DNA of 63,884 bases. Source: Promethearchaeota archaeon (lineage in GTDB: Archaea; Asgardarchaeota; Lokiarchaeia; Sigyniarchaeales; SOKP01). The position numbers and the translations under genes are program-made. The notes under the pieces are model-generated. The model saw only the letters and a program-made list of their open reading frames with translations, ran no database searches and was not told the origin of the DNA. Location: positions 1 to 63,884 of the forward strand of contig JAUVXW010000025.1 in assembly GCA_030603385.1 (NCBI GenBank), in the 5' to 3' direction. This document shows positions 21,300 to 30,800 of the stretch, one piece after another; position 1 is the stretch's first letter, and each line of letters opens with the position of its first letter.

Positions 21300-21800
21300 A
21301 TGATTGGTAAAGTAATAAAATATGATATGAAAGATATTAATACGGATTTGATCATTCCCGCAAGGTATTTAACTACGTCTGACTCTGAATATCTAGCTAA
21401 ACACTGCATGGAAGATCTAGATGCCAAATTTATCGAAAAAAAAATCAAATATGGCTATACAATATTGGTTGCGGGATCGAATTTCGGATGCGGTTCAAGC
21501 AGAGAACAAGCACCAATTGTTCTTAAATCAGTAGGAATCAAATGTATAATAGCCTACTCTTTTGCAAGGATATTTTTTAGAAATGCGATAAATATAGGAC
21601 TGCCAATAATTGAGTGTAACAACATTGAAGCAATAAATACTGGTGATGAATTAGAAATTAGTTTTACAGAAGGAATTATTAAAAATCTCTCTACAAATTC
21701 TGATTTTAGTGTAAAGAAAATGCCTTCTTTTATAGAAGAGATCGTATCCGATGACGGTTTGATTAATTATGCAAGACGCATAATTTTAAAGAATACCTAA
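21300..21800 (+). CDS. leuD: 3-isopropylmalate dehydratase small subunit
   Basis: INTDLIIPARYL, NFGCGSSREQA, SFARIFFRNAINIG; ATG 21300 follows a GGGTGA SD. Confidence 0.95.
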   Translation: MIGKVIKYDMKDINTDLIIPARYLTTSDSEYLAKHCMEDLDAKFIEKKIKYGYTILVAGSNFGCGSSREQAPIVLKSVGIKCIIAYSFARIFFRNAINIGLPIIECNNIEAINTGDELEISFTEGIIKNLSTNSDFSVKKMPSFIEEIVSDDGLINYARRIILKNT

Positions 21801-22180
21801 GAATCTATGACTCAATCTTAATTTTTTTAATGTTAATGGAAGAAATACTTAGGATTCTAATATATATTGAAGATTAAATTTAAGATATCGAGGTTTAAGT
21901 TTTTATTTGGACAATATTGTGTTTATATGATTTCCAGCATATAAGAATTTCTTATATGTTAAAAAACACGTAATTTGCCTTTTTCTATTTATTATTTCAC
22001 CACGCTCAATTCAATTTATTATGATAAAACATTGGGGTCGATGAGAATAGATAAAAATATATTTATACATAGATGTCTAATTCAACATTTGAACCCCTCC
22101 TTTTATTTTTTGGCTTAACATTATTCAATTCGAATAAGAAAAGCAAACAAAAATAAATTTAATAAAAGAGGTTTAAAAAA

Positions 22181-22699
22181 ATGGATAATAGAAAATTAAC
22201 TACAATAAATAAGAAATATATTGCTGTAATTATCGCTGTTTCAATAATAACTACAATAATCTTAATTCCCACAATACTCTTAATTAATAAACAAAAATCA
22301 ATAGATGCATTATACCAGAAATCAAAGAACGGAATACTCATAGAAGATCAGTTTCTTAAACATGCAGAGGTAGTAGATTACGGAGGAACGACAGGGAGAG
22401 TGTTAGAACCAGTAGATTGGTTCACTTTTAAAATCTATGCAAAAGCTGGAGATTGGTGTCATGCTCATTATGTAAGCTGGGACAGTGCTTTCTGCCCTAT
22501 ATTGTTTGAGAAGGATGCTGGTGATTGGAGCATGAGAACGAATTGGGGGAGTGTTAAATATAGAACCTTTCAATTTGAAGAGAGTTCTATCTATACAATA
22601 AGAGTCTACAATTATGACGATGACTATGATGGCTATATAACTTTCTTTCTAATAGTTTATATTAATCAGTATTATCCACCAGAATGCCCATTATGTTAA
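22181..22699 (+). CDS. Hypothetical membrane-anchored protein
   Basis: N-terminal TM, aromatic-rich soluble part, C-terminal CPLC; AGAGG SD. Confidence 0.7.
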   Translation: MDNRKLTTINKKYIAVIIAVSIITTIILIPTILLINKQKSIDALYQKSKNGILIEDQFLKHAEVVDYGGTTGRVLEPVDWFTFKIYAKAGDWCHAHYVSWDSAFCPILFEKDAGDWSMRTNWGSVKYRTFQFEESSIYTIRVYNYDDDYDGYITFFLIVYINQYYPPECPLC

Positions 22700-22788
22700 A
22701 TAATTAGTTTATTTTTTATTGTTAGTGTGCCTCGTTTCGAGAGCGCCAATTTAAAATAAAATTACAAATAAAAAAAAGAGGTGAAAAA

Positions 22789-23703
22789 ATGGAAGTAGCA
22801 ATTCTAATAATTGTTATTATTTCTGTTATAGTAATTGTTCTTATAGAAGCAATGATATACATGTTTTTAAGAAATAAATTTCAAACAATAGATACAATTA
22901 GAGATTCAGCAAGTAAATTAGATGGAACGGTTTTAACAATTACTACCTTAAGTAGTGATCTTTTTAAGCAAATAGCTGGTTTGACAAAAATTCAATCAGA
23001 ATTAAAATTAAATTTTCAGAGTTTCTATGATATGCTTATAATGAAACCATCTGTAAAAGGAAGAGTGGGAGAAGGAATTGTTAAATTTATTTTGAGTAGT
23101 TTTCCCGAAAAGTTATGGAAAGAACAATATAAAATTTCTGGCTCTGGTATAGTAGATTTCGCAATTTTTATGCCACCAGATAATAGAATATTACCGATGG
23201 ATGCTAAATTTTCATTACCAGAAGGAATAATAGAAATGGAATTAGGAGAAGGAGAAATTGTATTTTTGAATAAGGATCAGAGAAAAAAAGCCAATTCTTT
23301 GGTAATTAAGAGAATGCGAGAAGTCATTAAATATATTAATCCATTAGAGGGAACAATGAATTTTGCGTTAATTTTTATTCCAGATTCAGTTTATTTAGCT
23401 TTAACAAATGAAACATTGAGTGAACTACAATCTAACAGAGTAATTCCTGTAAATACAAGTGGTTTAATAAGCACACTATTCTTAATAGAGCGTCAATACA
23501 TATCAATAAGAATAAGTAAAGCTGTTGATAGATTAGAAAATATAAAATTCACAATGGAAAGTCAATTTTCTAAAATTTCTGATACATTGAGAAAAGCAGA
23601 AACTCAAGGAGAGAATTCAAATAAAAACATTACAAATGCTATTCAGCAACTTAAAAAAGCAGAAAATAAAATTTTAGTAAGTTTTGGTTTGTTAGAAGAA
23701 TAA
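22789..23703 (+). CDS. RmuC-family nuclease-like protein
   Basis: N-terminal TM and coiled coil; KGRVGE, EQY, VDF, PMDAKF (PD-(D/E)xK), T.NFALIFIP.S. Confidence 0.85.
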   Translation: MEVAILIIVIISVIVIVLIEAMIYMFLRNKFQTIDTIRDSASKLDGTVLTITTLSSDLFKQIAGLTKIQSELKLNFQSFYDMLIMKPSVKGRVGEGIVKFILSSFPEKLWKEQYKISGSGIVDFAIFMPPDNRILPMDAKFSLPEGIIEMELGEGEIVFLNKDQRKKANSLVIKRMREVIKYINPLEGTMNFALIFIPDSVYLALTNETLSELQSNRVIPVNTSGLISTLFLIERQYISIRISKAVDRLENIKFTMESQFSKISDTLRKAETQGENSNKNITNAIQQLKKAENKILVSFGLLEE

Positions 23704-23727
23704 AATAAAGAGGAGGTGATAAAATAG

Positions 23728-23943
23728 ATGACACTAACAGAACGACTTAAACCTTTTAGTATGGATAATTTCGAAATAACTGCTGAAGTTTTTAAAGAGC
23801 TTACTGACAGATTTATTTTTGTAATGAGAGATTTAAATGGCAATGTAATAACCGCGATGACATATCAGACAACGAATAGAGAAGAAGCTCAAACAAAGTT
23901 TAGAGAAGATGTAAAAGATTGGTTCGAAAAATATCCAAAATAA
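23728..23943 (+). CDS. Small hypothetical protein
   Basis: Perfect GGAGGTGA SD upstream; T-tract follows the stop. Confidence 0.7.
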   Translation: MTLTERLKPFSMDNFEITAEVFKELTDRFIFVMRDLNGNVITAMTYQTTNREEAQTKFREDVKDWFEKYPK

Positions 23944-24130
23944 TTTTTTTTTTATTACATTTGAGTCCGAGTAAATTGTGTATCTACTCGAGATGTAATT
24001 GGTTTAATTACGGACAAAAAAAATTTTAGTCCGTTATAATTTTATAATTTTAGAAATTTCAATAATTTTATTTACATTTCTAAAATTTTTTAATATTTTG
24101 AAATTGTTTTTTGTGTCATATCAAACATCT

Positions 24131-24298
24131 CTATAATTCACTTATTTGCAAAAATAGTTCAACTGAATCGTGAAACATCAATACTGAAATATAATTCTGT
24201 GGAGAAGGTAATTTTGATTGTTCTCGGGCAAATTGATAAAAATGTTTAATTAATGCTAATCGTTTGAGAATTTCGGGATTTAATTCTGTTATTTTAAG
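24131..24298 (-). pseudogene. Truncated N-terminal fragment of a HEPN-like protein
   Basis: Reads LKITELNPEILKRLALIKHFYQFAREQSKLPSPQNYISVLMFHDSVELFLQISEL*; no canonical start. Confidence 0.45.
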
Positions 24299-24361
24299 TC
24301 ACTTTCTATTATTTCTTTAACAATAATGTACTATTAGTTTATTTTTTTTATTTTTGATGAA

Positions 24362-25174
24362 TTAGGTTTTTATTTCAATTCCTAAACTTTTTAAAGTCTT
24401 TCTAAAATAATCTAAATATTCATTCAGAACATCTAAATTTTCATTTGGTTTAACTGATGAATAACTTTTATGAGTTTTTTGATTATGGATGTTAAATGAA
24501 GAGATATTAATATCTAATTCCCAATCAGAATTATTGAAGAATTTTATCCCACTAACATTATAGATAATCATTTCAAAATCACTTTCGATATTATATTGTA
24601 AATGTTTTATTTGAATATATATCCCATTGACACGGTTTTCATTGGACGTATCCTTTAATGTATCATAAAATTTTTGATAATTCTTTTGCTTAGATGTTAT
24701 ATAAGGTTCCCGACTAATACCTCCAGAATATATATTTATTATTGGTAAACTTTCATATTTTTCTAATATTTCAGTTTTTCTCATTACATCAATTACAAAA
24801 TCTACATACTTCTCTGCTTCTGAATGTCTAAATATTTTTTCCAAAGATTCAAATCTATGTTGATAAAATCCCCTATCTGCGTGATATTTTTCAACTATTT
24901 CTTTATATTTAGTTAACTTAGGGTAGAATTTTTCTATTATTTGTTTATATAAAATAGGAAAATCAAAAGTTCTTCCATTTTTTCCATTTTTAAAAATTAA
25001 ATCATTTCTATCATTTCTTTTAGCTATTACCATACAAACCTTTGCCAAGACATTATCAGCTAAGTAATGTCCAAGTTCATAAATAGTAGGATTTTTATTC
25101 TTTGAAAGGTTTAGGGCAAGACTTATTGCTTCCTTAAGATATTGTTGATATGATTGTAAATCCGATTCATCCAT
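24362..25174 (-). CDS. Hypothetical protein, possible HEPN domain
   Basis: Helical N-terminal domain with an R-x4-H motif (RGFYQH). Confidence 0.5.
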   Translation of the reverse strand: MDESDLQSYQQYLKEAISLALNLSKNKNPTIYELGHYLADNVLAKVCMVIAKRNDRNDLIFKNGKNGRTFDFPILYKQIIEKFYPKLTKYKEIVEKYHADRGFYQHRFESLEKIFRHSEAEKYVDFVIDVMRKTEILEKYESLPIINIYSGGISREPYITSKQKNYQKFYDTLKDTSNENRVNGIYIQIKHLQYNIESDFEMIIYNVSGIKFFNNSDWELDINISSFNIHNQKTHKSYSSVKPNENLDVLNEYLDYFRKTLKSLGIEIKT

Positions 25175-25448
25175 TAATTAAATCATAAATTATTCTGGTA
25201 TTTAATTAAAAAGACCGTAAATATGTATTTAAATACATTTATTAGAGTGTTAATTTTAGTCTCTCTCAATTTCCGATAGTTAATCAGCCTATACACTAAA
25301 TTTATTATCTAACGGATTAGATTATCATATAAAAAAAATAAGAGTGAATTAGTTTTCTAATTTAGTAAACATTTAAATTTTACATTTTTTTCCAATTAAT
25401 TAGACTTCTAAAGGAATATTAAATAAAAGATGAGGAAAGTGAGTAAAT

Positions 25449-26075
25449 ATGGATAAGAATGAAATTAGGAAGTTAATTATGCCGATTGTTTCTGGTATTA
25501 TACCAACAATTTCAACTATGATTTTATTACATATTACGACGGTACTGGTAACTATTATAATTTTTGCATTAATCATAGTAATATTAACCTTTATAAATTA
25601 TAGAGTTAATAAGTTTTATGATATTCCCGTTTATATAAGGGAATTTAAAAAACTCATCTATTCAAATAATGATTATAACAGGATTACTAATGTGGATAAT
25701 ATTGTAGATTTTTTTATAAAAGATGAAGTAAATAGTTTTTTTAAGAGGATCTTTCCTACTATTATTATAACAGAGATTAATCCAAACTCTATGAATCATG
25801 TAGAATTGGAAAATAAGAGATTTTATGAATTTCTTATTTATAATAATAAGCTGTCTTTAGTTAAATTGTATGATAAAGAATTTATAAGTGCTAAGGAATA
25901 CAATGATAGGAGAAATGTTGTTGTTGATAAAAAACGTGTGAAATTGTTCTTTAAAGACTTAATAGACAAAAGTAAAAATCCTGGTACGGATTATATGGAT
26001 CATATAGCAGAGAAAAAAATACACGAGTCAAACCAAGATATTGCTAATAGGATAGGATATTTGAATTTTACGTAG
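25449..26075 (+). CDS. Hypothetical membrane-anchored protein
   Basis: N-terminal hydrophobic segments. Confidence 0.65.
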   Translation: MDKNEIRKLIMPIVSGIIPTISTMILLHITTVLVTIIIFALIIVILTFINYRVNKFYDIPVYIREFKKLIYSNNDYNRITNVDNIVDFFIKDEVNSFFKRIFPTIIITEINPNSMNHVELENKRFYEFLIYNNKLSLVKLYDKEFISAKEYNDRRNVVVDKKRVKLFFKDLIDKSKNPGTDYMDHIAEKKIHESNQDIANRIGYLNFT

Positions 26076-26139
26076 TTTTCTTTATTATTGACTAGTAATT
26101 ATATTAAGATTAAATTGTTTAACTGAAAGATAAATATTT

Positions 26140-26420
26140 TAAATGCTATTCAAAAGTTTTAAAGCAGATGCTATCATCTTTCCACCCTCTGTTCGTTTCC
26201 ACATGTTAAACTTAATTGCTCCACGCAGGGTAAGGAGGACTACAGATGTTTTTTCAAATCCTTTACAGACGAATAAATCGAATCGGTTTTAAACCGAGTC
26301 GGTATATTTCCCCTTTTTTCATAAATATAATCTTTGCTATAACCCTCTTCAAAAATAGTAAGATTAGGATATTTTTCTAAAACAATCAGTTTTTTTGATG
26401 GTTTTGAACTTTTTGGATAA
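26140..26420 (-). pseudogene. Interrupted ORF remnant, antirepressor-like
   Basis: Frame reads ..KYPNLTIFEEG..KYTDSV*NRFDLFVCKGFEKTSVVLLTLRGAIKFNMWKRTEGGKMIASALKLLNSI* with one in-frame TAA. Confidence 0.35.
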
Positions 26421-26517
26421 TTATATTAATCGAAAATAATCATTCAAAAAAAATAGGAACAAATAAGTGTTTTAGCTTATAATTAATCTTTTTTATTTAT
26501 ATTTTCTATTAAATTAG

Positions 26518-26943
26518 TTAAATCATTAATTTTTTTTTTATATCCAAAATATTAAGGTCCATATCTCTTTCTCGTAGCTTATCATATACATTATATTGTT
26601 TCGAATAAAGATAAATAGTAAAGAATATATCTATTACAAATAATATATTGACAAGCATAAAAGATTCGTTAAGGATATTCATATAATACATTAAACCAGT
26701 AATAATTAATATCACAAAAGCCAAAATCCATCCTATTGTTATTATTTTATTAATCTTGTCTTTTTCTTTAACTATTCTTTCATATTCATATTTCCTATAT
26801 AGAATTAATCTTTTTTCTCTGGATAATTCTCGATTTTTCCGATAAGTTTCACATAATTCTTTTTGATCAGGATATAATATAGGATCATATTTACCAAATT
26901 TAATCATAGCTTCTTTTTTATGAAATCTCATAATATTTATCAA
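26518..26943 (-). CDS. Hypothetical protein with two TM helices
   Basis: Two hydrophobic segments in the C-terminal half. Confidence 0.6.
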   Translation of the reverse strand: MINIMRFHKKEAMIKFGKYDPILYPDQKELCETYRKNRELSREKRLILYRKYEYERIVKEKDKINKIITIGWILAFVILIITGLMYYMNILNESFMLVNILFVIDIFFTIYLYSKQYNVYDKLRERDMDLNILDIKKKLMI

Positions 26944-26964
26944 TATTTACTTTTTATATATAAT

Positions 26965-27294
26965 TTAGTCTTTATTCAAAAAGTAAATCATTTTTATTGG
27001 AATTGTTTTAGGAGAACTTCTTAATAACGTTCCAATCTCAAGGAAGGCAAATTCATCAAGCCATTGTTTTTTTGGTGCCATCTTCTCCTTCGACGAAAAA
27101 AGCATTCCAGATTTTTTCTGGAATGTTTTTGTCGTTTTTACATGCCCCTCAAAAACATTTTTATTATTATCTAATTGATCTTGAATTGTTTGAACATGAA
27201 CCTCATAGGCTTTAGCCGTTTCCTTAATTGAAATCCAAACTTTTCCATCAATCTCTTTTGTTTCTCGTTGGTAAAATTCAAATAAGGAAAAACC
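26965..27294 (-). pseudogene. Start-less open frame resembling phage antirepressor/RhuM-type DNA-binding domains
   Basis: 110-codon frame: ..EIDGKVWISIKETAKAYEVHVQTIQDQLDNN..WLDEFAFLEIGTLLRSS..; absent from the ORF track. Confidence 0.45.
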
Positions 27295-27428
27295 TTATTC
27301 GAAATTTTTTTCAAATTTATGATATGATTTTCAACTATAAAATTTTTATTTTTGAAATCTTATTATTTCATCAAGAAAAATTTATATAGCAATAGGTCTA
27401 CAGTTCATGTGTAATGTATTTTTGATGT

Positions 27429-28034
27429 TTGGTACATGCTGATAAAATTAATGAAAAAGTTTTGAGAAAAATGATCCCATCAATGAAAATGTTAAGAGAA
27501 GCTCAATATGAATATTTAGCAGATGAAAAACCACATAAGTTAAGTGAAGTAGTAGAATATTTCTCTAATCTATACAATCTTTCTGAAGAAGAAAAGAAAA
27601 CAGTAAACACTGGTTCAGTTGAATCCAAAATAAAATTTAGAATACGGAGAAATTATGAATATTTGATGAAACACGGTTTTGTTATACGATCAGCACCAGC
27701 AACGTTTCAAGCAACCGATTTCATAGATAAGTGGATTGAGAGTGGTAAACATGAACTTGATAATGGTTATGCTGCAAAATTTAAATACTACTATCCAAAA
27801 CTTATGAAGAAAATCAGAGTTATTGAAAAAATTGTATCAACTAATTCTTGTAAAAATACTGATAATAAAGTAATTGAGGATTGTAATGCTAACAAAAATG
27901 AATTTCTCAATTTTTTAATTGACGCAATAATAGATTATGATGTCCCAGATAATAGAATTAGAGAATTAATAGAATATGCTTTAAACCTGAATTATAATAT
28001 TAATAATGAAAGAGATATAGTTCCTTTAATATGA
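27429..28034 (+). CDS. Mrr N-terminal (winged helix) domain protein without a recognisable nuclease domain
   Basis: IPS..L..LAD.K.H.L.E.....NLSEEE.......RI.....YL.K.G pattern of Mrr_N. Confidence 0.7.
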   Translation: MVHADKINEKVLRKMIPSMKMLREAQYEYLADEKPHKLSEVVEYFSNLYNLSEEEKKTVNTGSVESKIKFRIRRNYEYLMKHGFVIRSAPATFQATDFIDKWIESGKHELDNGYAAKFKYYYPKLMKKIRVIEKIVSTNSCKNTDNKVIEDCNANKNEFLNFLIDAIIDYDVPDNRIRELIEYALNLNYNINNERDIVPLI

Positions 28035-28378
28035 ATTGAAGTGATTTGATAATTCAAAAAAATAAATCTGATAAAAATGAAAAGGTGATAAACTATGGAA
28101 ATTCAAGATAGGATAGAAGGTATGAGAATAAGTGTATTTATCGAAAGGTTTAGATTAATTTAATTATATTTTAGAACAGAACTTTTTAAACTTAGATAAG
28201 ATTTGATTAATAAGAAGTTAATTTAAAAGATCTAAAAAATAACAATAATATTTCTTTTATCTTTTTGTATTTGTATCAAAAATAAGATTTGTCATTTTTT
28301 ATAATGATACAAACGGGTGATATATTGAAAATATTTAAAAATTAATTGTTAATATCTTACTTATTGGAAGTGCTTAAT

Positions 28379-29626
28379 ATGAAAGAATCCTATATCAAGA
28401 ACTTATATGTAAAAGATGTTGGTTTATTTGAAGAGTTAAATATCAAGTTTAATAAACGTTTCAATTTTATAATAGGTCCAAATGCAAGTGGAAAAACTTC
28501 AATTTTAAAATGTATGGCCTTAACGATGAATCCTAGAGATGCTAAATTTTCAAGATATGGTGAACATTCTGAATTATGGATAGATATTATACATGATGAA
28601 AAAAATTTCAGAATAGGGTTAGGAAAAGGTTGGGTAGTAAATCCAAAAGAATATCGTGGGGCACACATAAAGCGATATAATAAGCCTCCCTCAGAAAAAA
28701 ATATGATTTCTTTAACATATAATGATCTAAGACAAGAAATAATAAACTTTTGCCCCTTATTTATAGGAGCTTATAGAAGAATTGATTATAGGAAAATTGA
28801 AGGAGTTCAAAGAGAAGGTCCTCCATCAGAACAAAGAGCAAAATATAGAGAATCATCCGTTATGAATTTAGAGGGAATTTTTCTACCAAATGTTAAGCGA
28901 TGGATTATAAATCGATATTTCTCTATTGATATGAAATGGTCAGAAATCGAAAGGAAAAACTGGGAGTGGTTAATAGACAAAATGACGATTATACCGCCCA
29001 AAGATACTGATTTTAGATTCATAGAGATTAAAAAAGATTTGGAACCTCTTTTTTCTTTAAATGGCGTTCAATGCTATTTAGAAGAACTTTCTGCGGGTTA
29101 TCAAGCAATTCTTTCTTTAATCTTTTGTGTATTTGATTGGATTGAAGGTACATTTAAAAATGATGAAGATCGACTTGTAAAAAATGCAAGAGGGAGTGTT
29201 ATTATTGATGAATTAGATATTCATTTGCATCCAGAATGGCAATTTAATATAAGAGATACACTTGAAAGAATTTTTCCAAATTTACAATTTATAACAACTA
29301 CACATTCCCCACATTTAATAGCAAGTGCAAAATCTAATGAAATAATTATCTTACCACCATTTTCTCGAACTGTTGATGTTATGCCAACTTCAAAGACTTA
29401 TTCTGGTTGGACAACAGATCAAATTCTTGAAGATATCATGGGTGTTAAAAGTTTAGAAAATAAATTATATAATAGATTATTAAAAGAAGCCCTTGATTGC
29501 GTAAATAAAAACGATTTAGAAAAATTAAAGGAAATTATTGCAGAACTAGAAAAATTTACTCACCCATCTGATGTAATTGTACAACAATTGAAGCTTAAAC
29601 TTGCTTCTCTATTAGCAGAGGAATAA
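28379..29626 (+). CDS. ABC-type ATPase, Septu PtuA-like
   Basis: Walker A GPNASGKT, signature LSAGYQ, Walker B IIDELDIHLHPEWQ, TTHSP. Confidence 0.85.
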   Translation: MKESYIKNLYVKDVGLFEELNIKFNKRFNFIIGPNASGKTSILKCMALTMNPRDAKFSRYGEHSELWIDIIHDEKNFRIGLGKGWVVNPKEYRGAHIKRYNKPPSEKNMISLTYNDLRQEIINFCPLFIGAYRRIDYRKIEGVQREGPPSEQRAKYRESSVMNLEGIFLPNVKRWIINRYFSIDMKWSEIERKNWEWLIDKMTIIPPKDTDFRFIEIKKDLEPLFSLNGVQCYLEELSAGYQAILSLIFCVFDWIEGTFKNDEDRLVKNARGSVIIDELDIHLHPEWQFNIRDTLERIFPNLQFITTTHSPHLIASAKSNEIIILPPFSRTVDVMPTSKTYSGWTTDQILEDIMGVKSLENKLYNRLLKEALDCVNKNDLEKLKEIIAELEKFTHPSDVIVQQLKLKLASLLAEE

Positions 29627-29628
29627 AA

Positions 29629-30390
29629 TTGATTTTTATAAAAAAACCTTTAGAACCACCCTCAAAGTTAATAGAGTTTCAGAAGCTATTAGAAGAAGTA
29701 AAAAGAAATTATAGTGGATTCAACAATATTCCAGAGGTAGAAAGAAATAGATTAATAAATCACTATAAACATGAAGATATTAAAAGAATATTATTCAAAT
29801 GTAGTCATAACAAATGTGCTTTTTGCGAAACTATTCCATATGGAAGCTATTTAGAAGTTGAGCATTATGCACCTAAAAATCTTTATCCTGAATTGATATT
29901 AGATTGGGAAAATTTATTACCCTCATGTCGAAAATGTAATAACTATAAACACGATCATGATTCAATTTCAGAACCTATAATAAATCCTTGTAAAGTAGAT
30001 CCTGAACCATATTTTGATTATGAGTTTTTATATATTAAACCAGCATCTAATTCCCCAGATCAATTATTAGCACAAAGAACAATTCAAGTCTGCAATTTAA
30101 ATCGCAGACAATTAAATGAAGCCAGAGTAAAACTTTTATTAGATCTAACTCACTTTGACCAACAGTTAGAAAAATCAATTCAGGAATTAAATGAAATGCT
30201 AACATTTAGGAAAAAAAAGAATAGAATTTTAAATTTACAGGAATCTTTTGAAATATTAGAAAGTTTTACAAAACCAGAAAAAATATATTCTGGATTATGT
30301 AAAAATTTTATAAGAAAAAGTAAAAACATTAAATTAGCAAAGAAATGTATAGAAGATTTTAAAAGCTTTCACCCAGATGTAATTGATTAA
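29629..30390 (+). CDS. HNH endonuclease, Septu PtuB-like
   Basis: KCAFCE..EVEHYAPK..WENLLPSCRKCN..K, IINP..DP, TI...NLNR; starts 2 nt after the ATPase. Confidence 0.85.
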   Translation: MIFIKKPLEPPSKLIEFQKLLEEVKRNYSGFNNIPEVERNRLINHYKHEDIKRILFKCSHNKCAFCETIPYGSYLEVEHYAPKNLYPELILDWENLLPSCRKCNNYKHDHDSISEPIINPCKVDPEPYFDYEFLYIKPASNSPDQLLAQRTIQVCNLNRRQLNEARVKLLLDLTHFDQQLEKSIQELNEMLTFRKKKNRILNLQESFEILESFTKPEKIYSGLCKNFIRKSKNIKLAKKCIEDFKSFHPDVID

Positions 30391-30800
30391 AAAAAGAGTT
30401 TTATTTTGTTAAATATATATCTAATTTTACATAAAATCTAATTAGAACTATTGGATTAATCAAAAATTTATCTAAGTATTTTCTTTTTATTTGGGCGTAA
30501 GAATAAATCTTACAAATTTGAATATGTAAATTCAAAAATCTTATATTACATTAGTGTTTTTTGAAAATTGGGAGTTTTGTGTTTTGATGATTTTAAAAAA
30601 GTAAAATCTTTAAATCTTAAATTTTATGTTATATTCAGTTTAAAAAATTCAAAAACATCAATAAACTAAAACAAAAATTATTATAAATCAATAAATAATT
30701 TTGAAAATATTATTAAAGATAAGCAAATTAAAATATTTATATGGAATTCATCTTAAAATTATTTTAATTTGAATTTTATACCAATTATGGAGATAGATTT

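Larger units (their letters stand above)
21850..30420. mobile_element. Decayed accessory/defence island (boundaries approximate)
   Basis: Low coding density, orphans and gene fragments, RmuC, HEPN-like, Mrr_N, antirepressor-like remnants and ATPase+HNH between housekeeping blocks; no integrase or att repeat found. Confidence 0.6.

Noticed and set aside
22032-22100. TGGGGTCG...TTGAACCCC resembling a reverse-strand tRNA 3' end (possible att site)
   Set aside because: Spacing is incompatible with a T-arm, no cloverleaf forms, and there is no second copy at the other island end
28095-28163. 22-codon ORF with an AGGTGA SD upstream of the ATPase
   Set aside because: Too short to assign; probably a truncated remnant
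28034-30390. Retron (type I-A) interpretation of the ATPase/HNH pair
   Set aside because: No reverse transcriptase or msr-msd-like structure is visible nearby
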